Source of the DNA: Planctomycetaceae bacterium
GTDB lineage: Bacteria; Planctomycetota; Planctomycetia; Planctomycetales; Planctomycetaceae
Direction of reading: 5' to 3'
NCBI GenBank assembly: GCA_036008465.1
Contig: DASYNP010000081.1
Coordinates: forward strand, 2,178-66,177
Length of the DNA: 64,000 nucleotides
In this document: in pieces, positions 29,288 through 38,351 of the stretch
How positions within the stretch are numbered: the stretch's first letter is position 1
Layout of the letters: each line of letters begins with the position of its first letter
The notes under the pieces: model-generated
Database searches by the model: none
What the model saw: only the letters and a program-made list of their open reading frames with translations
What the model was told of the DNA's origin: nothing
Made by a program: the position numbers and the translations under genes

Positions 29288-31587
29288 CAGTCCGCGGACT
29301 GAAGGTGGTGCTCGCCGCGGTCGGCTTCACGCTGTTGTTTTGGTGGCCCCTGGCGCGCGGCGGCGGCCTGGTCGGCGGCGATACCTATCGCTATTTCCTG
29401 CCCCAGAAAGTCGTTTACGCCGAGCTGCTGCGTCGCCACGAGCTGCCCGTGTGGAACAGCTGGGTGGGTTTCGGATATCCGATTCTCGGCGAGAGCCAGA
29501 CGGGCGTCTTTTATCCGCCTAACGTCGTGCTGTACTCGCTGCTGTCAGTGAATTCGGCCTACAACGCAAACTTTCTGCTGCATTACGTCCTGGCATTTGT
29601 CTTCGCCTGGATGTACGCGCGCGCGATCGGCCTTGCGTCATGGGGCGGCGGGCTGGCGGCCTTGGTCTACACATTCGGATGGTTTCCACCGCGCAGCGGC
29701 CTCGAATGGGCCATCCTGACGGGGGCCTGGTTCCCCGCAGCACTGTGGTGCTGCGAACGGTTCCTGCAGACGCGGCGAGCGGGGTTCGCTCTCGCGCTGT
29801 CGAGCGTTTTGTGCCTGCAACTGCTGGCCGGACACTTCAATCTGGCCTTCCTCTCAGTCTTGACGCTGGCCGCCTATGCCCCACTGCGGCTGTTCGTTGC
29901 CAATCGCGACTTGTCCGCAGAGAGCCGCTCAATCGCCAAATCGCTGTGCGGATTTTCGCTGGCGGCGATCGCCGGGGCAGGTTTGTTGGGCGCGGTCCAG
30001 ATCGCGCCGACCTGGGAGCTGATGCGACTGAGTCAGCGCGTGGAGCAAGGGCCTGATCACAATCTCAGGTCCGGAGCGATCCCCGTCTGGTATTTGTCGC
30101 AGATGGTCCGCCCCTGGTACTGGTACGCGCTCGGCACCGATCGTCAGGCGGCCTTGGATGCGGCCCAGACCGATCTCGGAGGTCGGACCAATCCGGTGGA
30201 GGCCCATCTCTTCGTCGGTCTTGTGCCACTGGTGTTGGCGCTCGTGTGGATCGTGATTGCAGTGCGGACGCGCGATCGCCTGAGTCTCGTGTGGGCCGCG
30301 TTGGGAATCGCGGCGCTCGTTTACACCACGGGGCGACTTGTGCCGATCGGTGAGCACCTCCCGGGTTTCAGTTTTTTCTCCGCTCCCGGCCGTTATGGCC
30401 TGATCACGACGCTGGCCGTCGGCCTGCTGGCAGGCAAAGCGCTCGACTGGCTGCGAAGCACCAACTCGCTGGTGCTGCAAGTCGAAGTTCTGCTCGGGTT
30501 CGCGAGCGCGATGTATACGGGACTGATGCTCACGACCGAGGGGCAAGACCTGCCCCAGCTCAATGGGACACCGGACCCCTTCACGCTCGGCGGAGTCGCC
30601 ATCACCGATGCGATGGTCTCCGCGCTGCTGCTGGCGGGAGTACTGGCGGCGCTCGTTATCTGGTTGGGCCGCTTTCTGGCGCGCGGGTCGACGCAGAGAC
30701 TGGCAGTCGACTGCGGGCGCTGGGTTTTCACCGCCTGCGCGTTCACCGCCCCGACCCTCGAGTTCTGGCTCGTGAGCCGAATCGTGACCGACAGCGATCT
30801 CGTCGACGATCCGCCGATTCGGCACCTCGAAGAGAGTCCGGTGCGTCAGATTCTGAGCCGCTGGAACGGTGGAACCGCGCGGCTATTCTCACCCGGTGCG
30901 AACCTCCCGTCGGTGCTGGGGGCCGCGGTCACGCCGCCTTACCTCACATTTGCGCCGGCGGCCTATTTCGATCCCGCGCTGAAGATGCCGACGCACGGTC
31001 CGCCGGCGGACATCGACGAATTGGGCGATGCCACGCCAACTCGAAAGGAAATTGACTGGCTGCGGCGAGCAGGCGTCACGCACGTGCTGTCCTTTGATCC
31101 ACTTGATGTTTCGCGCTGGCACGTGACGGATGTCTGGCAGGGTGTCGACCCCCTTTTGAACCCAGCGTTGGCCCGCTTTCAGAAGCCGCTCTTCCTTTAT
31201 GAATTGGACAGCACGCGGGGGCGGGTCGCGTGGGCCTCTTCCTCTGCGGGGCAGCAGGCGCGCATCACGGATTATCAGCCGAATCGAGTCGCCATTGAGG
31301 CACGCTCGCCTGTCGGCGGCCGACTGATTCTGACCGATTTGATGTACCCCGATTGGACACTCACGGTCGATGGCAGTGCGGCCGAGCCTCATCTCGTCGA
31401 GGGGCAGTTTCGAGGCGTCGATCTTCCCGCCGGCACGCACACGGTGGTTTGGTCGTACAAACCACGGCTCGTATACTGGGGAATGTTGGTGAGTGCGGCC
31501 GCGTGGATCTCGCTTGCGGTTGCGGCTGTCATATTTTGGCTGCGTTCTCGCGCAGCGCATTCTTTGAATCGGGCGGACGCGCAATGA
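29284..31587 (+). CDS. YfhO-like polytopic membrane protein, tandem paralog
   Basis: Same architecture and motifs (GGDTYRYFLPQKVVYAE; LILTDLMYPDWTLTVDGSAA...GTHTVVWSYKP). ATG 29284 overlaps the upstream TGA (ATGA). Confidence 0.65.
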   Translation: MTVRGLKVVLAAVGFTLLFWWPLARGGGLVGGDTYRYFLPQKVVYAELLRRHELPVWNSWVGFGYPILGESQTGVFYPPNVVLYSLLSVNSAYNANFLLHYVLAFVFAWMYARAIGLASWGGGLAALVYTFGWFPPRSGLEWAILTGAWFPAALWCCERFLQTRRAGFALALSSVLCLQLLAGHFNLAFLSVLTLAAYAPLRLFVANRDLSAESRSIAKSLCGFSLAAIAGAGLLGAVQIAPTWELMRLSQRVEQGPDHNLRSGAIPVWYLSQMVRPWYWYALGTDRQAALDAAQTDLGGRTNPVEAHLFVGLVPLVLALVWIVIAVRTRDRLSLVWAALGIAALVYTTGRLVPIGEHLPGFSFFSAPGRYGLITTLAVGLLAGKALDWLRSTNSLVLQVEVLLGFASAMYTGLMLTTEGQDLPQLNGTPDPFTLGGVAITDAMVSALLLAGVLAALVIWLGRFLARGSTQRLAVDCGRWVFTACAFTAPTLEFWLVSRIVTDSDLVDDPPIRHLEESPVRQILSRWNGGTARLFSPGANLPSVLGAAVTPPYLTFAPAAYFDPALKMPTHGPPADIDELGDATPTRKEIDWLRRAGVTHVLSFDPLDVSRWHVTDVWQGVDPLLNPALARFQKPLFLYELDSTRGRVAWASSSAGQQARITDYQPNRVAIEARSPVGGRLILTDLMYPDWTLTVDGSAAEPHLVEGQFRGVDLPAGTHTVVWSYKPRLVYWGMLVSAAAWISLAVAAVIFWLRSRAAHSLNRADAQ

Positions 31588-32579
31588 AGGCGGCCTACAT
31601 CAATCGAACCGGGCCTCCCGAGGTGATTGAGTACGGGGAACTGCCCGACCCCAAACCCACGCCGACGCAGGTTCTGGTCAAGGTTGGGGCGGTCGATGTC
31701 AATCCGATCGATACGTATATCCGCAGCGGCGCGGTCGCGATGCCGCTGAAGTTTCCCTACATCATCGGCTGTGATCTCGCCGGAACAGTCGTCGAATGCG
31801 GAGCCGACGTCCGCGGCCTTAAGCCGGGGGATCGCGTCTGGGGCAGCAACCAAAGTTTGTTCGGGCGACCCGGAACGTTTGCGGAATTGGCGGCCGTCGA
31901 CGAACGCTGGCTGTATCCCACCCCGACCGCGCAGCCCGACACCGAGGCGGCCGCTGGGGCGCTCGTCGGAATCACCGCGCATATGGGACTCTTTCAGAGC
32001 GCCGGTTTGAAGCCGGGCGAAACGCTGTTCGTGAACGGCGGAACGGGTGGCGTTGGGTCGGCGGTCGTCCAGTTGGGGAAGTTTGCCGGCGCCCGCGTGA
32101 TCACGACCGTCGGCTCCGCCGAAAAGAAGAAACTGTGCGAGAGCTGGGGAGCCGACTTCGCGATCGACTATCACTCACCGACCCTCGACGACGAGATTCG
32201 CAGCTGCGCGGGGCCGGGCGGGATCGACGTCTGGTTTGAGACGCAGCGAGAACCTACACTCGATCGTACAATTTCGATGATGGCACCGCGTGGCAGGATC
32301 GTGCTGACCGCCGGGCGAACGGCCCGACCCGAGTTCCCGGTGGGTCCGTTCTACACAAAAGATTTGAGGCTGGCCGGTTTCGCGATGTTCAATGCGTCTC
32401 CCGAAGAACAGCGGGCCTGCGCAAAGACGATCGCCGCGCTTTACGGCCGCGGCGGATGGAAGCCGCACATCGGCCAGACTTTTCCCCTGGCTCGCGCGGC
32501 CGATGCCCACCGCCTGCAGGAAGAGAACAGCACCCACAAAAAGGGATCGCTCACCGGCAAGATCGTCCTGGTCCCCTAG
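31584..32579 (+). CDS. NADPH:quinone oxidoreductase-like medium-chain dehydrogenase/reductase
   Basis: VKVGAVDVNPIDTYIRSG, GGTGGVGSAVVQLGK, GKIVLVP C-terminus. ATG overlaps the upstream TGA (ATGA). Confidence 0.85.
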   Translation: MKAAYINRTGPPEVIEYGELPDPKPTPTQVLVKVGAVDVNPIDTYIRSGAVAMPLKFPYIIGCDLAGTVVECGADVRGLKPGDRVWGSNQSLFGRPGTFAELAAVDERWLYPTPTAQPDTEAAAGALVGITAHMGLFQSAGLKPGETLFVNGGTGGVGSAVVQLGKFAGARVITTVGSAEKKKLCESWGADFAIDYHSPTLDDEIRSCAGPGGIDVWFETQREPTLDRTISMMAPRGRIVLTAGRTARPEFPVGPFYTKDLRLAGFAMFNASPEEQRACAKTIAALYGRGGWKPHIGQTFPLARAADAHRLQEENSTHKKGSLTGKIVLVP

Positions 32580-32705
32580 ATGGTGAACGACGTCCACGAG
32601 ACGCCTCGGAATACATGGGAGATCGTCATCGAAGACAACCTGTCTCAGTCATTTTGCGGAACCGGGATATCGAACATTTCGTAACTCCCTTTGGAGACTG
32701 CGCCC

Positions 32706-33164
32706 ATGACAAAAATCAATGTCAATGGCAAAGACTGTGAGTTAAAGGACGTTCCCGGCGAGACTCCGCTCTTGTGGGTGCTCCGCGATCACTTGGGGCT
32801 CACCGGTACGAAGTATGGATGCGGAATTCAGGAGTGCGGGGCTTGTACGGTTCACCTCGACGGTGCTGCCGTCCAGTCCTGTGTCACAACGGTTGCCGAC
32901 GTTGGGGCATCGAAAGTCGTCACCATTGAGGGGCTCTCGCAACAGGGCGACCATCCCGTCCAGAAAGCCTGGATGCAGCACAATGTTCCTCAGTGCGGTT
33001 ACTGCCAATCGGGCCAAATGATGATGGCGGCCGCGCTCCTGCGCAAGAACCATGATCCCTCCGATCAGGAAATCGAAACCGAGATGTGGAACATCTGTCG
33101 TTGCGGAACCTATCCGCGCATTCGAGCTGCGATCAAAGCTGCCGGAAAGGAGTTGCGCAAGTGA
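32706..33164 (+). CDS. (2Fe-2S)-binding small subunit of a xanthine dehydrogenase/aldehyde oxidase-family molybdoenzyme (IorA-like)
   Basis: [12 protein letters not shown] and [11 protein letters not shown] cysteine motifs. GGAGA 8 nt upstream of ATG 32706. Confidence 0.85.
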   Translation: MTKINVNGKDCELKDVPGETPLLWVLRDHLGLTGTKYGCGIQECGACTVHLDGAAVQSCVTTVADVGASKVVTIEGLSQQGDHPVQKAWMQHNVPQCGYCQSGQMMMAAALLRKNHDPSDQEIETEMWNICRCGTYPRIRAAIKAAGKELRK

Positions 33165-35533
33165 ACAAGCCAACAACCGAACTCACGCTTCGCGAACTGA
33201 TCGAGCGGAATCGTCTCGAGACCCAAATCAGCCCGGCCTCGACGGCGGCGCTCGATACGGCGGTCTTCAATCCGGTCACGCGTCGCGGTTTTCTGGCGGG
33301 GCTTTCCGCCGGCTCACTGTTGCTGATGTGTCGCGTGGGTCTGGGCAAGACCGCGGAAGTTGCAGACCCGGCCAAAGTGAATGCGGATGCCTTCGCACCG
33401 GATTTGTGGGTTTCCATTGCACCCGATGGCACGGTCACGGTTCTCGCACATCGATCGGAGATGGGAACAGGCATTCGAACCGGCTTGCCGCGCGTTTTAG
33501 CCGACGAGCTGGAGGCGGACTGGTCTCGGGTCGTCATTCGACAGGCGCAAGGGGACAAGCGACTGGGTGATCAAAACACCGACGGCTCCAACAGCATTCG
33601 CTTCTTTTTTGACACGATGCGAACTGCTGGCGCCACCGCGAGAACCATGTTGGAGCGAGCCGCGGCGCAACAGTGGAAGGTGGATCCGAGCGAATGTTAC
33701 GCCGAGCTGCATCAGGTCAAACACAAGGGGACCGGCAAAGCGCTCGGGTTCGGCGAACTTGTCGCAGTTGCTCGGAAGCTGGAAATCCCCGGCAAGCGCA
33801 GCGTGAAACTCAAGCCGCGTGACAAATGGAGGTATATCGGCAAGGACGCGCCCATTACCGACTTGAAGAAAATCGTCACCGGCCGAGCGGTCTATGGGAT
33901 CGACGCCCGCCTGGACAATCAACTGTTTGCCGTCGCGGCGCGGCCTCCGGTCGTCGGGGGCAAAATAAAGTCTCTTGATGATTCGGCTGCCAAAGCCGTG
34001 GCCGGCGTGGTCGCGGTCATCAAACTGCCCGGTTTCAAGGGCGCACCGGTCTTTCAACCGCTGGGTGGTGTGGCCGTGTGCGCGACTAGCACGTGGGCCG
34101 CGATTCAGGGTCGAGAGGCGCTCAAGATCGAATGGGAGGACGGAGAAAACGCATCCTACGATACGGCACAGTTTGCCAAGTCGCTGAAGGACTCGGTCAA
34201 TCGAGCCGGGACCGCTCTGCGTTCTGCGGGAGATGCCGCGAGGGCAATTGCCGGCGCGAAAAAAGTGATCAAAGCCGATTACTCGGTCCCGCACCTGGCT
34301 CACGCCTCCATGGAACCGACTTGCGCGGTGGCGGATGTGCAAACGGACGCCCACGGCAAAGTCATCAAATGCTACCTACGGGCCGCGACCCAAAACCCGC
34401 AAGCGGTGCAACAATCGGTGGGTCCAGCCTTAGGCATCCCCAACGACCAGGTCGAATGCGACGTCACGTTGCTCGGCTCGGGTTTCGGCCGAAAGAGCAA
34501 GCCCGATTATTGTGTCGAGGCGGCCTTGCTATCGCGGGAATTGAAACGGCCCGTGCACATGACGTGGACCCGCGAAGACGACGTGCAGCACGACTACTAT
34601 CACGCCATTTCGGCCATTCACTGCGAAGCGGCGGTTGGCGACAACGGACGTCCGGTTGCCTGGTTGCAACGCGTGGCCTATCCGAGCATCGGTTCCACCT
34701 TTTCGAAGGGAGCCGACCGGCCCGCAGCTTTTGAAGCCGAAATGGGACATACCGATTTGCCTTATGACGTTCCCAATTTGAGTTTGGAAGTGTGCCGTGC
34801 CAAGGCTCACACGCGCATCGGATGGTTGCGTTCGGTCTGCCATATCCAGCAAAACTTCGCCGTCGGATCCTTCGTCGATGAACTGGCCCATGCCGCCGGT
34901 CGCGATCCCTTGGAGTATTTGCTCGACGCCTTGGGCGACGATCGCATGATCGACCTGGCCGCGGCCAAGCTTTCCAATCGCGGCGCGAAGCCGAAAGATT
35001 ACCCGTACGATGTTGGCCGTTTAAAAAACGTCATGCGGCGGGCGGCGAAGAATGCCGATTGGCCCCGGCATCGATCCTTACCAAAGGGGCGAGGACTGGG
35101 TATCGCGTGCTGCCGATCGTTCAATAGTTACACAGGGCACGTTGTTGAAGTCACCGTCGGTCGCGATGGAAAGCTCTCAATTGATCGAGTCTGGTGCTCG
35201 ATCGACGCTGGGACGATCGTCCTCCCCGACCGGGTCTCAGCTCAAGTTGAAGGCGCAGCCATCTTTGCTTGCTCCCAAGCCGTCTTTGGCGAGCTTTCCT
35301 TCAAGCAGGGACGCTCCGTGCAAACGAATTTCGATTCCTTCCACGTCGCCAAAATGAGCGAGGCGCCCAAAGAGATCTTTGTGGATATCGTTCCAAGCGA
35401 AGCGCCGCCGGCTGGTGTGGGGGAACCCGGTGTTCCTTCGACGGCTCCCGCTCTGTGCAACGCGATCTTCGCAGCAACCGGCAAGCGGATCCGCGACCTG
35501 CCGCTCAAGAATCACAACCTTTCCTGGTCTTAA
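33161..35533 (+). CDS. Molybdopterin-binding large subunit (IorB-like) with twin-arginine signal
   Basis: GTG 33161 overlaps the small-subunit TGA (GTGA), with AAGGAG upstream. [16 protein letters not shown] Tat motif and [11 protein letters not shown]. 790 aa. Confidence 0.85.
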   Translation: MNKPTTELTLRELIERNRLETQISPASTAALDTAVFNPVTRRGFLAGLSAGSLLLMCRVGLGKTAEVADPAKVNADAFAPDLWVSIAPDGTVTVLAHRSEMGTGIRTGLPRVLADELEADWSRVVIRQAQGDKRLGDQNTDGSNSIRFFFDTMRTAGATARTMLERAAAQQWKVDPSECYAELHQVKHKGTGKALGFGELVAVARKLEIPGKRSVKLKPRDKWRYIGKDAPITDLKKIVTGRAVYGIDARLDNQLFAVAARPPVVGGKIKSLDDSAAKAVAGVVAVIKLPGFKGAPVFQPLGGVAVCATSTWAAIQGREALKIEWEDGENASYDTAQFAKSLKDSVNRAGTALRSAGDAARAIAGAKKVIKADYSVPHLAHASMEPTCAVADVQTDAHGKVIKCYLRAATQNPQAVQQSVGPALGIPNDQVECDVTLLGSGFGRKSKPDYCVEAALLSRELKRPVHMTWTREDDVQHDYYHAISAIHCEAAVGDNGRPVAWLQRVAYPSIGSTFSKGADRPAAFEAEMGHTDLPYDVPNLSLEVCRAKAHTRIGWLRSVCHIQQNFAVGSFVDELAHAAGRDPLEYLLDALGDDRMIDLAAAKLSNRGAKPKDYPYDVGRLKNVMRRAAKNADWPRHRSLPKGRGLGIACCRSFNSYTGHVVEVTVGRDGKLSIDRVWCSIDAGTIVLPDRVSAQVEGAAIFACSQAVFGELSFKQGRSVQTNFDSFHVAKMSEAPKEIFVDIVPSEAPPAGVGEPGVPSTAPALCNAIFAATGKRIRDLPLKNHNLSWS

Positions 35534-35549
35534 CAGTTTCTCGACTTGA
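35485..35549. repeat. Copy A of a 65-bp direct repeat (last 16 codons, the stop and about 16 nt downstream of the IorB-like gene)
   Basis: Hand alignment with 36507-36571 gives 56/65 identical (45/50 over the first 50). Confidence 0.85.
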
Positions 35550-35726
35550 CGGTCCCTCGACGGTTGCGACTAACGCCGTCGCGTCGACCTTCAATTCAGT
35601 GAGGCCGAACGAGACCGCTTCAGTGATCGCAGTTGAGCCTGCCAGAGGGTCCTGCGAGCAGGGAAACGCAACCGTTTCCGAGTCGCGTGTCGCTGCGGAC
35701 GCTGCACATGCCTTGACGCGCTGTTG

Positions 35727-36404
35727 CTAAGTCACAGACCCCGGGGATGCAGTGCCTATGGACGACTTTCTTCGCGCAACGATTGCCGCACGCAGTTCGC
35801 CGAACAAGCGGACGAGACTGCCAAGCTGGTAATGCGCGTTGAGGCCGCTCGGATTCGGCAGCAGCCAGACGCGCGCGCCGCCAAATTGGGACTGTTGCGC
35901 GCCGATCGTCGCTGACTTCTGATCGAAGACGGCTTGAAATGTCGAGATTCCGAGGAAAGCCACCCAGGAGGGTCGAAAACGCCGGACTCGTCTCTCGAGG
36001 CGTTTGATCCCGTCCGACAAATCCTTCCGCGTCAATTGGTCGGCGCGGGCCGTGGCCTCGTCGACAACATTCGTGATGCCGTAGCCCCGGTCGAGTAGTA
36101 CGTTTTGCTCCACAGGCGCGAGCAGCCGGTCGGTAAAGCCGGCCCCATGGAGCGTCGGCCAAAAGCGATTTCCGGGCCGCGCAAAGTGGTGGCCGACCGC
36201 CGCCGAATACAAGCTCGGATTGATGCCCACGAACAATAGTTGCAAGCCGGGCGCGATGACGTCGGGAATGCTTTTCCCGTAAGCGACTCGAAGCTCTTCC
36301 GGAGTCGGCCGATGCCGCTTCGTGTGCAGCGTCGCCGGCGCATTGCTTCGCTTAGTCAGCGTTGGTTCTGCACGGCCTCTGGCCGGCCGGCTGCCGATAC
36401 TCAT
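35727..36404 (-). CDS. mug: G/U mismatch-specific uracil-DNA glycosylase (Mug/TDG family)
   Basis: PGLQLLFVGINPSLYSAAVGHHFARPGNRFW matches the Mug active-site region. ATG 36404 chosen; the ORF is open to 36539. Confidence 0.8.
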   Translation of the reverse strand: MSIGSRPARGRAEPTLTKRSNAPATLHTKRHRPTPEELRVAYGKSIPDVIAPGLQLLFVGINPSLYSAAVGHHFARPGNRFWPTLHGAGFTDRLLAPVEQNVLLDRGYGITNVVDEATARADQLTRKDLSDGIKRLERRVRRFRPSWVAFLGISTFQAVFDQKSATIGAQQSQFGGARVWLLPNPSGLNAHYQLGSLVRLFGELRAAIVARRKSSIGTASPGSVT

Positions 36405-36506
36405 AAACTCGATTCCATGTCTGAGCCAGCGGCTTTTCGAGAAAACAGATCGTCGCCTCAGCTTCTCGAGGATGACCTGGGCTTTCAAGAGTCGGCGCTG
36501 GGAAAC

Positions 36507-36571
36507 GTGGATCCGCGACCTACCGATCAAGAACCACAACCCTTCCTGGTCTTAACTACTTCGCGACTTGA
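36507..36571. repeat. Copy B of the 65-bp direct repeat; orphan remnant of the IorB-like 3' end (reads ...IRDLPIKNHNPSWS-stop)
   Basis: See copy A. No homologous coding sequence precedes it. Confidence 0.85.
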
Positions 36572-36687
36572 AGCGTCGATTGAATTCTGTCTGGCAGTGG
36601 CAGTCGCCCTGACGGCGACTGATCCGATACCCCAAGGCGTGAGCCTGTTTGCGTAGAGCCGAATCAGCCAGGGGGAATCGCAACGCC

Positions 36688-37119
36688 TCAATTCGAGCTG
36701 TCGATCGGCTCGATCTGTCCGCGAAAGTGGGTGAGCGCGTCTGCGGGATTCATATTGAACAGGGCCCGACCGCCGGTCCCCCATTGCCCGCGGTGATAGT
36801 GAAAGAGCGCGGCGGCGTCGCGAACCATGCCGACGGCTTCGAGGCCCTCCATGTCGCCCCCCTCGATGGCTTCGAATCGAATGTTGACGGCGACGAAGGC
36901 CGTCAGCATCCCCGACTGGATGTCGCGGCCGAAGGTGACTGAGTCGAGCCAATCGCATTCCAGCCACCGCAGGTCGCGTGGTTTTCCCAGGGATGCGGCG
37001 CGTCGAAAGAATTGTGCCTCCAACTGCTCGCGATGCAGACGGAACTTCCGAATGGCCCGTTCGCTGCGGCGTGCGCGCCAAGCTCGGAGAGGTGACCGCC
37101 ACCAGGCGGGGGAAACCAC
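36688..37119 (-). CDS. Hypothetical protein (start uncertain; ORF open to 37254)
   Basis: Coding-like composition in the C-terminal two thirds. GTG 37119 is one candidate start. No motif recognised. Confidence 0.35.
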   Translation of the reverse strand: MVSPAWWRSPLRAWRARRSERAIRKFRLHREQLEAQFFRRAASLGKPRDLRWLECDWLDSVTFGRDIQSGMLTAFVAVNIRFEAIEGGDMEGLEAVGMVRDAAALFHYHRGQWGTGGRALFNMNPADALTHFRGQIEPIDSSN

Positions 37120-37280
37120 GAGACTGCCCCTTTCGACTAGAGAGCGAGAATTCCTAATGGCCGATCCTAGAGGGCATCGGATGTTGGCGGCAAGCGGTGA
37201 GGATGCCGGGCGCTTGACCGGCGCGTCTCGGCCCCGTATTTTGCCCCCTCTCATCAGTCGTGAATTGAACAGTTTCGCTT

Positions 37281-38177
37281 ATGCCCCTCCTCGGTTCGCA
37301 TCTCTCGATTGCCGGCGGCTATTACAAAGCGGTGGAAGCCGCAGCCGCGCTCAAGATGGATTGCGTACAGATCTTCACCAAGAACAACAATCAATGGAAA
37401 GGCAAGGCCCTGTCGGCCGAGGACGTGACCCTGTTTCGCGACGCGATCGAGCGGACAGGTATCCGTATGCCGTGCGGGCACGACAGCTACCTGATCAACC
37501 TGGCGAGCCCCAGCGAATCGCTGTGGAAGCAGTCGTTGGACGCGTTCGTCATCGAAATCGAGCGGGCCGAGGCGCTGGGATTGGTCGGCCTCGTGATTCA
37601 TCCGGGGAGCCGCGTCGATTCTTCCGAGGAGGAAGGATTGTGGCGGATCATCCTGGCCATCAACGAGGCGTTCAAACGAACCCCGCATGCGAAATTGCAG
37701 ATCTGGCTGGAGACCACCGCCGGCCAGGGTTCTTCGCTCGGCCATCGGTTCGAACACTTGCGGGCGATTCTCGACGGCGTGAAGGAGCGGCACCGGTTGG
37801 GCATTTGCATCGACAGCTGTCACGTCTTCGCGGCCGGGTATCCGCTCAGTTCATTCGAGGACTATCAGGCGACGCTTTCACAGTTCGACGCGATCGTGGG
37901 CCTCGACTGGGTCCGAGCCTTTCACTTAAACGACAGCAAACGTGAGCTGGGCAGCCGAGTCGACCGTCACGAGCACATTGGCAAGGGACACTTGGGGCGC
38001 GAAGCATTTCGGAACATTCTCAACGACCCGCGATTCGCCGCCCTGCCGATGTATCTCGAGACCCGCAAAGGGATCGTGAATGGTCGATCGCTCGACGCGA
38101 TGAACCTGGCGACCCTGCAACGCCTGATGAAGCCCAAAACCGCTGGCCGCAAAACCGGAAAGTCCCCTAAAGTCTGA
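37281..38177 (+). CDS. nfo: Deoxyribonuclease IV (endonuclease IV)
   Basis: LLGSHLSIAGG, VIHPGS, ETTAGQGSSLG, CIDSCHVFAAGY, HLNDSK. Confidence 0.9.
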   Translation: MPLLGSHLSIAGGYYKAVEAAAALKMDCVQIFTKNNNQWKGKALSAEDVTLFRDAIERTGIRMPCGHDSYLINLASPSESLWKQSLDAFVIEIERAEALGLVGLVIHPGSRVDSSEEEGLWRIILAINEAFKRTPHAKLQIWLETTAGQGSSLGHRFEHLRAILDGVKERHRLGICIDSCHVFAAGYPLSSFEDYQATLSQFDAIVGLDWVRAFHLNDSKRELGSRVDRHEHIGKGHLGREAFRNILNDPRFAALPMYLETRKGIVNGRSLDAMNLATLQRLMKPKTAGRKTGKSPKV

Positions 38178-38351
38178 CACCCTTTGCAGGTCGCGGGCAT
38201 CCTGCCTCTCCGGACCGCTTTCATCATTGCGAGCCTCAAAGCCCTTTCAACTGCACAAAGCAGTTCACGCCCGATCTTCGGAATCGTCGATCAGAAGCCA
38301 ACGCGGCTCAACAAAGTCGCGTCGGGCCGGCGCCATTTCGAGGAACGGGTA

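Noticed and set aside
36322-36555. 77-aa plus-strand ORF ending in RDLPIKNHNPSWS
   Set aside because: Only its last about 16 codons are homologous to the IorB-like C-terminus. The remainder is antisense to mug. I interpret it as a repeat remnant, not a gene.
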